From positions 1-61,056 of the forward strand of contig JAUCBJ010000159.1 in NCBI GenBank assembly GCA_032718475.1: a stretch of DNA of 61,056 nucleotides, read 5' to 3'. Under the pieces are notes generated by a model. It was not told the origin of the DNA. It worked only from the letters and a program-made list of their open reading frames with translations, and did not search any database. This document shows, piece by piece, positions 1-13,727 of this stretch; the first letter of the stretch is position 1, and the number at the start of each line of letters is the position of its first letter. Source of the stretch: Nemertoderma westbladi (taxonomy: Eukaryota; Animalia; Xenacoelomorpha). The position numbers and the translations under genes are program-made.

Positions 1-759
1 TGTTCATCATCATGCGGCGTTCAATGTAGTCTGTCCTAAAAAAATATTAACAATAATTCAGATAGATTAATTAATTAGTACAAACGAATAGTAATAGTAT
101 CTTAACTTATAGTTTTAAAACATATTTATATTGCGTATAATTTACACAATATAATTTATAAATATCTTCCCAAAACTAAGAACTAGAAATATTATCGGAA
201 CCTCTACAACAGTTTTATTAAACGGCCGTCGTCATATCCAGAACATCAAACTTTCTTATAAGCGACTTGTAATTGAATTGATTCCAGACCGTAAATTAAT
301 CTCTCCAACACAATGAATGTTGTTTATTGTGATTTCATAAGTTTAACTCTCGGTGTCGTCTATAGCGGAGGGGCTAAGGCAATATAACAATCCTTGAGTT
401 CTTATTGGTCAGCAACAACTGGGATGGGGGGGTTCTTATTGGTCAGCAACAACTGGGAGGGGAGGGGGGGGGGGGGGGGTGAAGTTAAGAATTAATTAAT
501 TTCGTAAAAAAAGTTAAAGTAAATGGATAAATAAATATTGTTCTTTATAAAAACTTGTGTAAGTCGCGTTGTAATTAACGAAAGTTAATGATTTTTAGCT
601 CATTTAAAAGCCACACATTTCAGCATTATAAATATGTAAGTAAATCGTATTAAAACACAATGGAAGTTACTCTTTAAAGCGATTTAATATAAAATGGCAT
701 CGTAATCTGATGGCGTTGTGATTACATAGCGCCGTACGGCCCAACTTTTTCTCAACTAG

Positions 760-867
760 TTGTGTTTCAAATTTCAAGCAATATGTTAAAGATTTGTAGA
801 AAAATTTGGGGGGGGGGGGGGGGGTTCCGCCGTGTCATCAGAAACTGACACTATATAAAGGGTCATG
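760..867 (-). mobile_element. Terminus of a CATGACC-type (P-superfamily-like) DNA transposon; second copy ends at 12519
   Basis: Reverse complement reads CATGACCCTTTATATAGTGTCAGTTTCTGATGACACGG...AAATTTTTCTACAAATCTTT, closely matching 27403 onward (CATGACCCGTAATATATTGTGTCATTTTCTGATGACATGG...AAATTTTTCTACAAATCTTT). Confidence 0.6.
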
Positions 868-1545
868 GTGTATTTGAATATAGATGCTTGAAGTTAAAGA
901 CTAAGAAAAATATAAGGTTAATTATAGTAAGTTTATTTTGACAAAAGCTTGAAGATTAAATATATGCACACTAACATATTCATTGAAAGGCCAACACATT
1001 AATCTGTAATACAGCATTACCTTGTACCTACATCATTCATTCAGTACTCTACTATGGCCTACATGTTAAATAAATATGATTTATTGTACCGATATATATT
1101 ATTATATTAAAATATAATATAATATATTATTTTAATATTAATTTATCATTATATGGGAAAACATTTACAAAATAATTGTAGTAATTCAACATGATTTTTA
1201 ACAAAGAAATACAAATAAAAAATATTAAATAAAATAACCAATTACCTAAAGCATCAAAGATCCTCTTACACCGAAATAAAACTGATGCTGTTATTAATTC
1301 CTTTTAAATTATTAATATTTAAATTCATATAAAACAACATTCTCGTAAATATAATATATTTCAATAGGCCAATAATTTTATAATTCCAAATTTCCATGAT
1401 TCCGCAAAGATAAATAAATAAAACTAGATGGCGACACGTAAAATACGCAGCTACTCACACAAACAATCACAATTAATTATAATTGACTATTAAGATGGGG
1501 GGGGGGGGGGGGGGGGGTGACTAATTAACTAAAACTCCTGACGAT

Positions 1546-1735
1546 TTGTTCACATTCCGGACGAGTTGTTCACATTCCGGACGAGTTGTTCACATTCCGG
1601 ACGAGTTGTTCACATTCCGGACGAGTTGTTCACATTCCGGACGAGTTGTTCACATTCCGGACGAGTTGTTCACATTCCGGACGAGTTGTTCACATTCCGG
1701 ACGAGTTGTTCACATTCCGGACGAGTTGTTCACAT
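1546..1735. repeat. 20-bp minisatellite (TTGTTCACATTCCGGACGAG) x~9.5
   Basis: Perfect tandem units with no spacers. Confidence 0.97.
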
Positions 1736-2095
1736 ACAACATCCTGTCTGGACAAGTTGTTTTGCTTCAGATAATTTTTTCTCGCGGTGGCTGTTCAGGG
1801 CCACCATAAATAATATTATAAGTTTCCCTTAATAAATATAATTATTCAAATCTAAATTCAGACTAAATAATAAATTAATTAATCCGCATTGAGAAGCAGC
1901 GAACTAGCTCTGTAAATGGAATGAAAGCAAAATGATTGAAATTAGATTATTAAATTAAATTACTGCGAAAATAAAGTCTCACAATCCCGATTCGCAGCGA
2001 AAATAATAGCAAAACAATAGGGATGCGAGTGTAGATGCGATATTCTGATACATTGTATTTTGTTTATATGGAAATAATTAATTGTTCGCGTGAAA

Positions 2096-2752
2096 TTAAA
2101 GTCCTTGTACGATAAATCCGCTCTCCTCGTCTTCATTAAACCCGGAATAGTTTTCGGGGGATTTTCCCAAGCCGTTGCTGTCGCCCTGGGCAACCATCGA
2201 GGCCGGCGGACTCCCGGAAGCCAGACTGAGGTCTGTCGGGGCCTGCACCGGGGCTGGGCTAGTCGCCTTGGAAACGAGAGAGAGGGCTTTCTTAGCCGCG
2301 GGGAATATGGTACGCAAGCGAGCGGCTTTCTGAGAGTTGCGGAACAGTTTCCCGGTTGAGACTAAATCAAGAACGTCGTTGTACGGCGTAGCCAATCGGA
2401 GTTTCTCTTGGAAGGCGGGGCTAAACTGCAGACAGATGGTGTCCAAGCGGGCCTTCGTTAGAGTGCCCTTCTTCCGCTCCAGGATTATCGTCCGCACGTA
2501 CTCGGCTTCCTCTCGCTGGCCCTCCCGGTCCGACGTGATGTAACTGATGAGTTCCGCGTACCGCGCGATGTGGCAGTTCCTCGCGTGGATCTTGAGATGG
2601 TCGTCGCGTTGGAAGGACTTTGTGCAGGCGCGGCAGGCGAACGGTGGGATTCCCGTGTGCTCCCGGTAGTGGCGCACCAAGTGGTTAAATCCCGAGCCAC
2701 GAACATACACTGATCTGATATAACAACCTGAGTAAATAAAATAAAATAACAA
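2096..2752 (-). CDS. C2H2 zinc-finger protein, probably the terminal exon of a spliced gene (218-aa ORF)
   Basis: [34 protein letters not shown]: end of one finger, a TGEKPF-like linker and one full finger. GC-rich island in AT-rich DNA. Acceptor-like TTTTATTTACTCAG near 2729 on the minus strand. Confidence 0.7.
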   Translation of the reverse strand: MLFYFIYSGCYIRSVYVRGSGFNHLVRHYREHTGIPPFACRACTKSFQRDDHLKIHARNCHIARYAELISYITSDREGQREEAEYVRTIILERKKGTLTKARLDTICLQFSPAFQEKLRLATPYNDVLDLVSTGKLFRNSQKAARLRTIFPAAKKALSLVSKATSPAPVQAPTDLSLASGSPPASMVAQGDSNGLGKSPENYSGFNEDEESGFIVQGL

Positions 2753-3999
2753 GTTAAACCATTATTGTAGTAAGTCTAGCTACGTATACTAATGAATATT
2801 ATTATGTACGGGATTATTATAATAAATTTACCTGTAATAACAATGGATGGCGTCGTCCCTGGGCCCGTAACACTTTAATATAATCGATTAATGAACGGCC
2901 ATTAATTATTCTAATGCGACTTAACAACCAAGAAACACAGCAGTATTACTGTTATTGACAACACAATATAAAGTAATTATATGGAATGTCTGGCCCCTGC
3001 CTTTGAATAAATACCACGAGCACCATGCTGAATGCAAACTGAAACAAGTACGCTTCGGTCACGTAGGCCTGATTAGGATGATATGAGAACAGCTCAACAG
3101 AGAACAATGGGGTATTGACATATTGGTTGGTTGATTAGTTCTACAGGAAGGACCTGTATGTGTATTGTATTGAATAAGCGGCCGGCGAGGCGGGACCCCT
3201 ACAACTAACTGCATACCTTGATTGTATAAACTAAATTGATTGGATTTGGCTATCCCAATAACTATAGTAACTGTATGAGAAGTCGTATTAATTTTGCTTT
3301 GCGATTCTGAATGATGAAGTGATTCTCTCTTTTAAGCTGTTATTTAGGTGAAAAAAAGCATAAGAATAGGACGTAAATAAATGCTTGATATTTTCACTTA
3401 ATTAATAGCAGAAATGTTTTGGAATTGAAGTTAATAATTTTTGTAGATTATAGCTTGCAGAAATGTGTGAAATAAATTTTTGAAAGTCAAAGAAATTTTT
3501 GTGAAAGTGTCTTTTAAAAATGTGTCTAAAGCAGCCAATGGGTATTGGTGAATTGACATTATGTTTTTTTTGCAATATCGCGCCATAGAATAACATGGAG
3601 TAACTATGGCAATACCATGGTAAGGGCCAGTCCGGTCGCATATAATTAATAATTGTCTCTAGCGGCATACCCCCCCCGGCCGTCTTTCTGTAGCGTCTCT
3701 AGCGGTCGAAGTCAATTCGTACTGTGCCGCATGGTGGTGTATGACACTATTCCTATTGTACAATTAATAAGGGGAAGGGAGGGGATATTATTTCTTAGAA
3801 GATAATAATGCATAGTGTGGGACGTAGGTAATATTGTGATAGCTGTATCTTGGGTTCTCGTGGATGAAAAATGCTGATTTAAAGTTCTTTAGATTCACTG
3901 TAAATTGATCTTTCTATTCATACCAAGAACTAACAATCAGAATCAAGAATAACCTTATTTGAAAAATATATTATTATATATGCTGTGTTATGCAATGCC

Positions 4000-5433
4000 A
4001 TTGGTTTCAATGTCGATTACAATATCAATATCGGTTACTGGTATTGGTATCGATATTGGTTATTGATTTCAATATTGGTATTGGTATTGGTTATTGGTTT
4101 CAATATCGATTACAATATCAATATCGGTTATTGGTATTGGTATTGGTATCGATATTGGTTATTGATTTCAATATTGGTATTGGTATTGGTATTGGTATTG
4201 GTTATTGGTTCCAATATCGATTACAATATCAATATCGGTTATTGGTTATTGGTATTGGTATCGATATTGGTTATTGATTTCAATATTGGTATTGGTATTG
4301 GTATTGGTTATTGGTTTCAATATCGATATCAATATCAATATCGGTTATTGGTATTGGTATTGGTATCGATATTGGTTATTGATTTCAATACTGGTATTGG
4401 TATTGGTATTGGTATTGGTATTGGTATTGGTATTGGTATTGGTATTGGTATTGGTATTGGTATTGGTATTGGTATTGGTATTGGTATTGGTATTGGTATT
4501 GGTATTGGTATTGGTATTGGTATTGGTGTTGGTATTGGTATTGGTATTGGTATTGGTTATTGGTTTCAATATCGATTTCAATATCAATATCGGTTATTGG
4601 TATTGGTATCGATATTGGTTATTGATTTCAATATTGGTATTGGTATTGGTTATTGGTATTGGTATTGGTATTGGTATTGGTATTGGTATTGGTATCGATA
4701 TTGGTTATTGATTTCAATATTGGTATTGGTATTGGTATTGGTATTGGTATTGGTATTGGTATTGGTATTGGTATTGGTATTGGTATTGGTTATTGATTTC
4801 AATATCGATTACAATATCAATATCGGTTATTGGTATTGGTATCGATATTGGTTATTGATTTCAATATTGGTATTGGTATTGGTTATTGATTTCAATATCG
4901 ATTACAATATCAATATCGGTTATTGGTATTGGTATTGGTATCGATATTGGTTATTGATTTCAATATTGGTATTGATATTGGTATTGGTTATTGATTTCAA
5001 TATCGATTACAATATCAATATTGGTTATTGGTATTGGTATCGATATTGGTTATTGATATCAATATTGATATTGGTATTGGTATTGGTTATTGATATTGGT
5101 ATTGGTATTGGTTATTGGTATCGATATTGGTTATTGATTTCAATATTGGTATTGGTATTGGTATTGGTTATTGGTTTCAATATCGATTACAATATCAATA
5201 TTGGTTATTGGTATTGGTATCGATATTGGTTATTGATTTCATATTGGTATTGGTATTGGTATTGGTATTGGTATTGGTATTGGTATTGGTATTGGTATTG
5301 GTATTGGTATTGGTATTGGTATTGGTATTGGTTATTGGTTTCAATATCGATTACAATATCAATATCGGTTATTGGTATTGGTATCGATATTGGTTATTGA
5401 TTTCAATATTGGTATTGGTATTGGTATTGGTAT
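4000..5433. repeat. Complex (GGTATT)n microsatellite with interspersed CAATATCGATA-type modules
   Basis: Long pure GGTATT runs (e.g. 4393-4556) separated by recurring TTCAATATCGATTACAATATCAATATCGG units. Confidence 0.95.
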
Positions 5434-8400
5434 TCCGGACAGTATTTTGGACAGTTTTGCCCGGAAATCCGGGCATTTTGCCCTGAAATCCGGGCATTTT
5501 GCCCTGAAATCCGGGCATTTTGCCCTGAAATCCGGTCATTTTGCCCGGAAATCCGGGCATTTTGCCGGATTTTTGGATGTCCGAGCATTCTAGTGCCCGG
5601 GAATCCGGACATCCGGGCGACTTTGGAATGGACAAATAGGGGGACAGACAAGTTTAATGGACGCCCGGATTTACAAAATTCCGGACAGTATTTTAGACAA
5701 CCTTGCCCGGAAATCCGGACATTTTGCCGGATTTTTGGATGTGGTATCCGGGCGACTTTGGAACGGACAAATAGTCGGACAGACAAGTTTAATGGACGCC
5801 CGGAATTACAGAATTCCGGACAGTATTTTGGACAACTTTGCCCGGAAATCCGGGCATTTTGCCCATAAGCCCGGGCATTTTGCCCGGAAATCCGGGCATT
5901 TTGCCGGATATTTGGATTTCCGGGCATTCTAACGCCCGGGCATCCGGGCGACTTTGGAACGGACAAATAGTCACACAAGTTTAATGGACGCCCGGAATTA
6001 CAGAATTCCGGGCATTTTGCCGGATATTTGGATTTCCGGGCATTCTAACGCCCGGGCATCCGGGCGACTTTGGAACGGACAAATAGTCGGACAGACAAGT
6101 TTAATGGACGCCCGGAATTACAGAATTCCGGACAGTATTTTGGACAACTTTACCCGAAATCCGGGCATTTTGCCGGATTTTTGGATTTCCGGGCATTCTA
6201 ACGCCCGGGCATCCGGGCGACTTTGGAACGGACAAATAGTCGGACAGACAAGTTTAATGGACGCCCGGATTTACAGAATTCCGGACAGTATTTTGGACAA
6301 CTTTGCCCGGAAATCCGGGCATTTTGCCGGATATTTGGATTTCCGGGCATTCTAACGCCCGGGCATCCGGGCGACTTTGGAACGGACAAATAGTCGGACA
6401 GACAAGTTTAATGGACGCCCGGAATTACAGAATTCCGGACAGTATTTTGGACAACTTCGCCCGGAAATCCGGGCATTTTGCCGGATTTTTGGAATTCGGG
6501 GCATTCTAACGCCCGGGCATGCGGGCGACTTTGGAACAGCCAAATAGTCGGACAGACCAGTTTAATGGACGCCCGGATTTACAGAATTCCGGACAGTATT
6601 TTGGACAACTTTGCCCGGAAATCCGGGCATTTTGCCGGATTTTTGGATTTCCGGGCATTCTAACGCCCGGGCATCCGGGCGACTTTGGAGCGGACAAATA
6701 GTCGGACAGACAAGTTTAATGGACGCCCGGATTTACAGAATTCCGGACAGTATTTTGGACAACTTTGCCCGGGAATCCGGGCATTTTGCCCGGAAATCCG
6801 GGCATTTTGCCGGACAAATAGTCGGACAGACAAGTTTAATGGACGCCCGGATTTACAGAATTCCGGGCAGTATTTTGGACAAATTTGCCCGGAAATCCGG
6901 ACAATTTGCCGGATTTTTGGATGTCCGGGCATTCCAGTGCCCGGGCGTCCGGATATCCGGGCGACTTTAGAACAGACAAATAGTCGGACAGACAAGTTAA
7001 ATGGATGCCCCGATTTACAGATTTCCGGGCAGTATTTTGGACAACTTTGCCCGGAAATCCGGACATTTTGCCGGATTTTTGGATGTCCGGGCATTCCAGT
7101 GCCCGGGCGTCCGGACTTCCGGGCGACTTTGGAACGGACAAATAGTCGGACAGACAAGTTAAATGGATGCCCGGATTTACAGATTTCCGGGCAGTATTTT
7201 GGACAAATTTGCCCGGAAATCCGGACATTTTGCCGGATTTTTGGATGTCCGGGCATTCCAGTGCCCGGGCGTCCGGACTTCCGGGCGACTTTGGAACGGG
7301 CAAATAGTCGGACAGACAAGATAAATGGATGCCCGGATTTACAGATTTCCGGGCAGTATTTTGGACAAATTTGCCCGGAAATCCGGACATTTTGCCGGAT
7401 TTTTGGATTTCCGGGCATTCCAGTGCCCGGGCGTCCGGACATCCGGGCGACTCTAGAATGGACAAATAGTCAGACAGACAAGTTAAATGGACGCCCGGAT
7501 TTACAGATTTCCGGGCAGTATTTTGGACAAATTTGCCCGGAAATCCGGACAATTTGCCGGATTTTTGGATGTCCGGGCATTCCAGTGCCCGGGCGCCCGG
7601 ACATCCGGGCGACTTTGGAACGGACAAATAGTCGGACAGACAAGTTAAATGGACGCCCGGATTTACGGAATTCCGGGCAGTATTTTGGTCAAATTTGCCC
7701 GGAAATCCGGACATTTTGCCGGATTTTTGGATGTCCGGGCATTCCAGCGCCCGGGCGTCCGGACTTCCGGGCGACTTTGGAACGGACAAATAGTCGGACA
7801 GACAAGTTAAATGGACGCCCGGATTCACGGAATTCCGGGCAGTATTTTGGAGAAATTTGCCCGGAAATCCTGAAAATTTGCCGGATTTTTGGATGTCCGG
7901 GCATTCCAGTGCCCGGGCGTCCGGACTTCCGGGCGACTTAAGAACGGACAAATAGTCGAACAGACAAGCTTAATGGACGCCCGGATTTACGGAATTCCGG
8001 GCAGTATTTTGGACAAATTTGCCCGGAAATCCGGACAATTTGCCGGATTTTTGGATGTCCGGGCATTCCAGTGCCCGGGCGTCCGGACTTCCGGGCGAAT
8101 TTGGAACGGACAAATAGTCGGACAGACAAGTTAAATGGACGCCCGGATTTACGGAATTCCGGGCAGTATTTTGGACAAATTTGCCCTGAAATCCGGACAA
8201 TTTGCCGGATTTTTGGATGTCCGGGCATTCCAGTGCCCGGGCGCCCGGACATCCGGGCGAATTTAGAACGGACAAATAGTCGAACAGACAAGTTTAATGG
8301 ACGCCCGGATTTACGGAATTCCGGGCAGTATTTTGGACAAATTTGCCCGGAAATCCGGAAAATTTGCCGGATTTTTGGATGTCCGGGCATTCCAGTGCCC

Positions 8401-10940
8401 GGGCGTCCGGACTTCCGGGCGACTTAAGAACGGACAAATAGTCGAACAGACAAGCTTAATGGACGCCCGGATTTACGGAATTCCGGGCAGTATTTTGGAC
8501 AAATTTGCCCGGAAATCCGGAAAATTTGCCGGATTTTTTGATGTCCGGGCATTCCAGTGCCCGGGCGTCCGGACTTCCGGGCGACTTTTGAACGGACACA
8601 TAGTTGAATTTACGCCCGGATATACAGAATTCCGGACAGTATTTTGGACAACTTTGCCCGGAAATCCGGGCATTTTGCCGGATTTTTGGATTTCCGGGCA
8701 TTCTAACGCCCGGGCATCCGGGCGACTTTGGAACGGACAAATAGTCGGACAGACCAGTGTAATGGACGCCCGGATTTACAGAATTCCTGACAGTATTTTG
8801 GACAACTTTGACCGGAAATCCGGGCATTTTGCCCGGAAATCCGGGCATTTTGCCCGGAAATCCGGGCATTTTGCCGGATTTTTGGAATTCGGGGCATTCT
8901 AACGCCCGGGCATCCGGGCGACTTTGGAACAGCCAAATAGTCGGACAGACAAGTTTAATGAACGCCCGGAATTACAGAATTCCGGACAGTATTTTGGACA
9001 ACTTTGCCCGGAAATCCGGGCATTTTGCCGGATTTTTGGATTTCCGGGCATTCTAACGCCGGGGCATCCGGGCGACTTTGGAACGGACAAATAATCGGAC
9101 AGACAAGTGTAATGGACGCCCGGATTTACAGAATTCCGGACAGTATTTTGGACAACTTTGCCCGGAAATCCGGGCATTTTGCCCGGAAATCCGGGCATTT
9201 TGCCGGATAATTGGATTTCCGGGCATTCTAACGCCCGGGCATCCGGGCGACTTTGGAACGGACAAATAGTCGGACAGACAAGTTTAATGGACGCCCGGAA
9301 TTACAGAATTCCGGACATTATTTTGGACAACTTTGCCCGGAAATCCGGGCATTTTGCCGGATATTTGGATTTCCGGGCATTCTAACGCCCGGGCATCCGG
9401 GCGACTTTGGAACGGACAAATAGTCGGACAGACAAGTTTAATGGACGCCCGGAATTACAGAATTCCGGACAGTATTTTGGACAACTTTGCCCGGAAATCC
9501 GGGCATTTAGCCGGATTTTTGGATTTCCGGACATTCTAACGCCCGGGCATCCGGGCGACTTTGGAACGGACAAATAGTCGGACAGACAAGTGTAATGGAC
9601 GCCCGGATTTACAGAATTCCGGACAGTATTTTGGACAACTTTGCCCGGAAATCCGGGCATTTTGCCCGGAAATCCGGGCATTTTGCCGGATAATTGGATT
9701 TCCGGGCATTCTAACGCCCGGGCATCCGGGCGACTTTGGAACGGACAAATAGTCGGACAGACAAGTTTAATGAACGCCCGGAATTACAGAATTCCGGACA
9801 GTATTTTGGACAACTTTGCCCGGAAATCCGGGCATTTTGCCGGATTTTTGGATTTCCGGGCATTCTAACGCCGGGGCATCCGGGCGACTTTGGAACGGAC
9901 AAATAATCGGACAGACAAGTGTAATGGACGCCCGGATTTACAGAATTCCGGACAGTATTTTGGACAACTTTGCCCGGAAATCCGGGCATTTTGCCCGGAA
10001 ATCCGGGCATTTTGCCGGATAATTGGATTTCCGGGCATTCTAACGCCCGGGCATCCGGGCGACTTTGGAACGGACAAATAGTCGGACAGACAAGTTTAAT
10101 GGACGCCCGGAATTACAGAATTCCGGACATTATTTTGGACAACTTTGCCCGGAAATCCGGGCATTTTGCCGGATATTTGGATTTCCGGGCATTCTAACGC
10201 CCGGGCATCCGGGCGACTTTGGAACGGACAAATAGTCGGACAGACAAGTGTAATGGACGCCCGGATTTACAGAATTCCGGACAGTATTTTGGACAACTTT
10301 GCCCGGAAATCCGGGCATTTTGCCCGGAAATCCGGGCATTTTGCCGGATAATTGGATTTCCGGGCATTCTAACGCCCGGGCATCCGGGCGACTTTGGAAC
10401 GGACAAATAGTCGGACAGACAAGTTTAATGGACGCCCGGAATTTCAGAATTCCGGACAGTATTTTGGACAACTTTGCCCGGAAATCCGGGCATTTTGCCG
10501 GATTTTTGGATTTCCGGGCATTCTAACGCCCGGGCATCCGGGCGACTTTGGAACGGACAAATAGTCGGACAGACAAGTTTAATGGACGCCCGGTTTACAG
10601 AATTCCGGACAGTATTTTGGACAACTTTGCCCGGAAATCCGGGCATTTTGCCCGGAAATCCGGGCATTTTGCCCGGAAATCCGGGCATTTTGCCGGATAT
10701 TTGGATTTCCGGGCATTCTAACGCCCGGGCATCCGGGCGACTTTGGAACGGACAAATAGGCGGACAGACAAGTTTAATGGACGCCCGGAATTACAGAACT
10801 CCGGACAGTATTTTGGACAACTTTGCCCGGAAATCCGGGCATTTAGCCGGATTTTTGGATTTCCGGGCATTCTAACGCCCGGGCATCCGGGCGACTTTAG
10901 AACGGACAAATAGTCGGACAGACAAGTTTCATGGATGCCC
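5434..10940. repeat. CCGG-rich satellite array with 154-, 162- and 175-bp monomers
   Basis: Recurrent GGGCGACTTTGGAACGGACAAATAGTCGGACAGACAAG unit. The ORF track shows a 54-aa (162-bp) period at 6.9-8.6 kb and 154/329/483/812-bp offsets elsewhere. Confidence 0.97.
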
Positions 10941-10960
10941 ACATTTGCCAAATTACGGGC

Positions 10961-11372
10961 AAACACAACGTTTTTTGATATTTTATGAGATTTTAGGTAT
11001 TTTTTATTGAAAAAGCAGACATAACTATTCCCAGTCCGTTTCTGTAACATTTAGAGAAAAGTTCACTTGTGATACTTCTTTTAGTGTTAAATTAACAGCA
11101 GATTCCAAATACAGTAAGCGTTTTTACATATAATTTGTAGTTCTCGCGATATTTGGGTTCAAACACAACGTTTTTTTGATATTTTATGAGATTTTAGGTA
11201 TTTTTTATTGAAAAAGCAGACATAACTATTCCCAGTCTGTTTCTGTAACATTTAGAGAAAAGTTCACTTGTGATACCTCTTTTAGTGTTAAATGAACAGC
11301 AGATTCCAAATACAGTAACCGTTTTTAAATATATTTTGTTCTTATGAAGATATTGGGGTTCAAACAAAACGT
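10961..11372. repeat. ~200-bp AT-rich tandem duplication
   Basis: AAACACAACG at 10961 and 11161, AAACAAAACG at 11362, with near-identical sequence between. Confidence 0.85.
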
Positions 11373-13197
11373 CTTTGAGATGAATTCGAAAAAATACAGT
11401 TATGTAACTTGGATAAGAATTTATAATTATTTGTAATGTCAACAACTGATATAACCCAAATATTTGAAACACACAGTTATATAACTTAATATCAGTTCAG
11501 TTAAAAACAGTTAAATCACCATTATTGTGTCCATAATTAATTAATTAGATCTAATTAATATAAATTATCAATCGCGAGTGACCAATACACATTGATTTTT
11601 CAACATGGTAGAAACCCATTCCTAGGCAGTGTGTGGAGTATTAGCGGCGTTGTTCATCATCATGCGGCGTTCAATGTAGTCTGTCCTAAAAAAATATTAA
11701 CAATAATTCAGATAGATTAATTAATTAGTACAAACGAATAGTAATAGTATCTTAACTTATAGTTTTAAAACATATTTATATTGCGTATAATTTACACAAT
11801 ATAATTTATAAATATCTTCCCAAAACTAAAACTAGAAATATTATCGGAACCTCTACAACAGTTTTATTAAACGGCCGTCGTCATATCCAGAACATCAAAC
11901 TTTCTTATAAGCGATTTGTAATTGAATTGATTCCAGACCGTAAATTAATCTCTCCAACACAATGAATGTTGTTTATTGTGATTTCATAAGATTAACTCTC
12001 GGTGTCGTCTATAGCGGAGGGGCTAAGGCAATATAACAATCCTTGAGTTCTTATTGGTCAGCAACAACTGGGATGGGGGGGTTCTTATTGGTCAGCAACA
12101 ACTGGGAGGGGAGGGGGGGGGGGGGGGGGTGAAGTTAAGAATTAATTAATTTCGTAAAAAAAGTTAAAGTAAATGGATAAATAAATATTGTTCTTTATAA
12201 AAACTTGTGTAAGTCGCGTTGTAATTAACGAAAGTTAATGATTTTTAGCTCATTTAAAAGCCACACATTTCAGCATTATAAATATGTAAGTAAATCGTAT
12301 TAAAACACAATGGAAGTTACTCTTTAAAGCGATTTAATATAAAATGGCATCGTAATCTGATGGCGTTGTGATTACATAGCGCCGTACGGCCCAACTTTTT
12401 CTCAACTAGTTGTGTTTCAAATTTCAAGCAATATGTTAAAGATTTGTAGAAAAATCTGGGGGGGGGGGGGGGGGGGTTCCGCCGTGTCATCAGAAAATGA
12501 CACTATATAAAGGGTCATGGTGTATTTGAATATAGATGCTTGAAGTTAAAGACTAAGAAAAATATAAGGTTAATTATAGTAAGTTTATTTTGACAAAAGC
12601 TTGAAGATTAAATATATGCACACTAACATATTCATTGAAAGGCCAACACATTAATCTGTAATACAGCATTACCTTGTACCTACATCATTCATTCAGTACT
12701 CTACTATGGCCTACATGTTAAATAAATATGATTTATTGTACCGATATATATTATTATATTAAAATATAATATAATATATTATTTTAATATTAATTTATCA
12801 TTATATGGGAAAACATTTACAAAATAATTGTAGTAATTCAACATGATTTTTAACAAAGAAATACAAATAAAAAATATTAAATAAAATAACCAATTACCTA
12901 AAGCATCAAAGATCCTCTTACACCGAAATAAAACTGATGATGTTATTAATTCCTTTTAAATTATTAATATTTAAATTCATATAAAACAACATTCTCGTAA
13001 ATATAATATATTTCAATAGGCCAATAATTTTATAATTCCAAATTTCCATGATTCCGCAAAGATAAATAAATAAAACTAGATGGCGACACGTAAAATACGC
13101 AGCTACTCACACAAACAATCACAATTAATTATAATTGACTATTAAGATGGGGGGGGGGGGGGGGGGGGGTGACTAATTAACTAAAACTCCTGACGAT

Positions 13198-13367
13198 TTG
13201 TTCACATTCCGTACGAGTTGTTCACATTCCGGACGAGTTGTTCACATTCCGGACGAGTTGTTCACATTCCGGACGAGTTGTTCACATTCCGGACGAGTTG
13301 TTCACATTCCGGACGAGTTGTTCACATTCCGGACGAGTTGTTCACATTCCGGACGAGTTGTTCACAT
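13198..13367. repeat. 20-bp minisatellite x~8.5 (second copy)
   Basis: Same unit as 1546-1735, one unit shorter. Confidence 0.95.
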
Positions 13368-13727
13368 ACAACATCCTGTCTGGACAAGTTGTTTTGCTTC
13401 AGATAATTTTTTCTCGCGGTGGCTGTTCAGGGCCACCATAAATAATATTATAAGTTTCCCTTAATAAATATAATTATTCAAATCTAAATTCAGACTAAAT
13501 AATAAATTAATTAATCCGCATTGAGAAGCAGCGAACTAGCTCTGTAAATGGAATGAAAGCAAAATGATTGAAATTAGATTATTAAATTAAATTACTGCGA
13601 AAATAAAGTCTCACAATCCCGATTCGCAGCGAAAATAATAGCAAAACAATAGGGATGCGAGTGTAGATGCGATATTCTGATACATTGTATTTTGTTTATA
13701 TGGAAATAATTAATTGTTCGCGTGAAA

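Larger units (their letters stand above)
1..3680. repeat. Segmental duplication, copy 1 (near-identical to 11651-15312)
   Basis: Positions 1 and 11651 both begin TGTTCATCATCATGCGGCGT. The ORF track repeats with a shift of about 11.63-11.65 kb and identical proteins. Confidence 0.95.

Noticed and set aside
1546-1735. CRISPR-like array
   Set aside because: Contiguous identical 20-mers with no spacers, no cas genes and a eukaryotic context.
4393-4556. Telomeric repeat
   Set aside because: GGTATT is not TTAGGG, TTAGG or TTAGGC, and it is interstitial within a repeated module.
3985-10940. Long ORFs (471, 418 and 371 aa) in the satellites
   Set aside because: They arise from stop-poor periodic repeats open in several frames and on both strands, with no domain signal.
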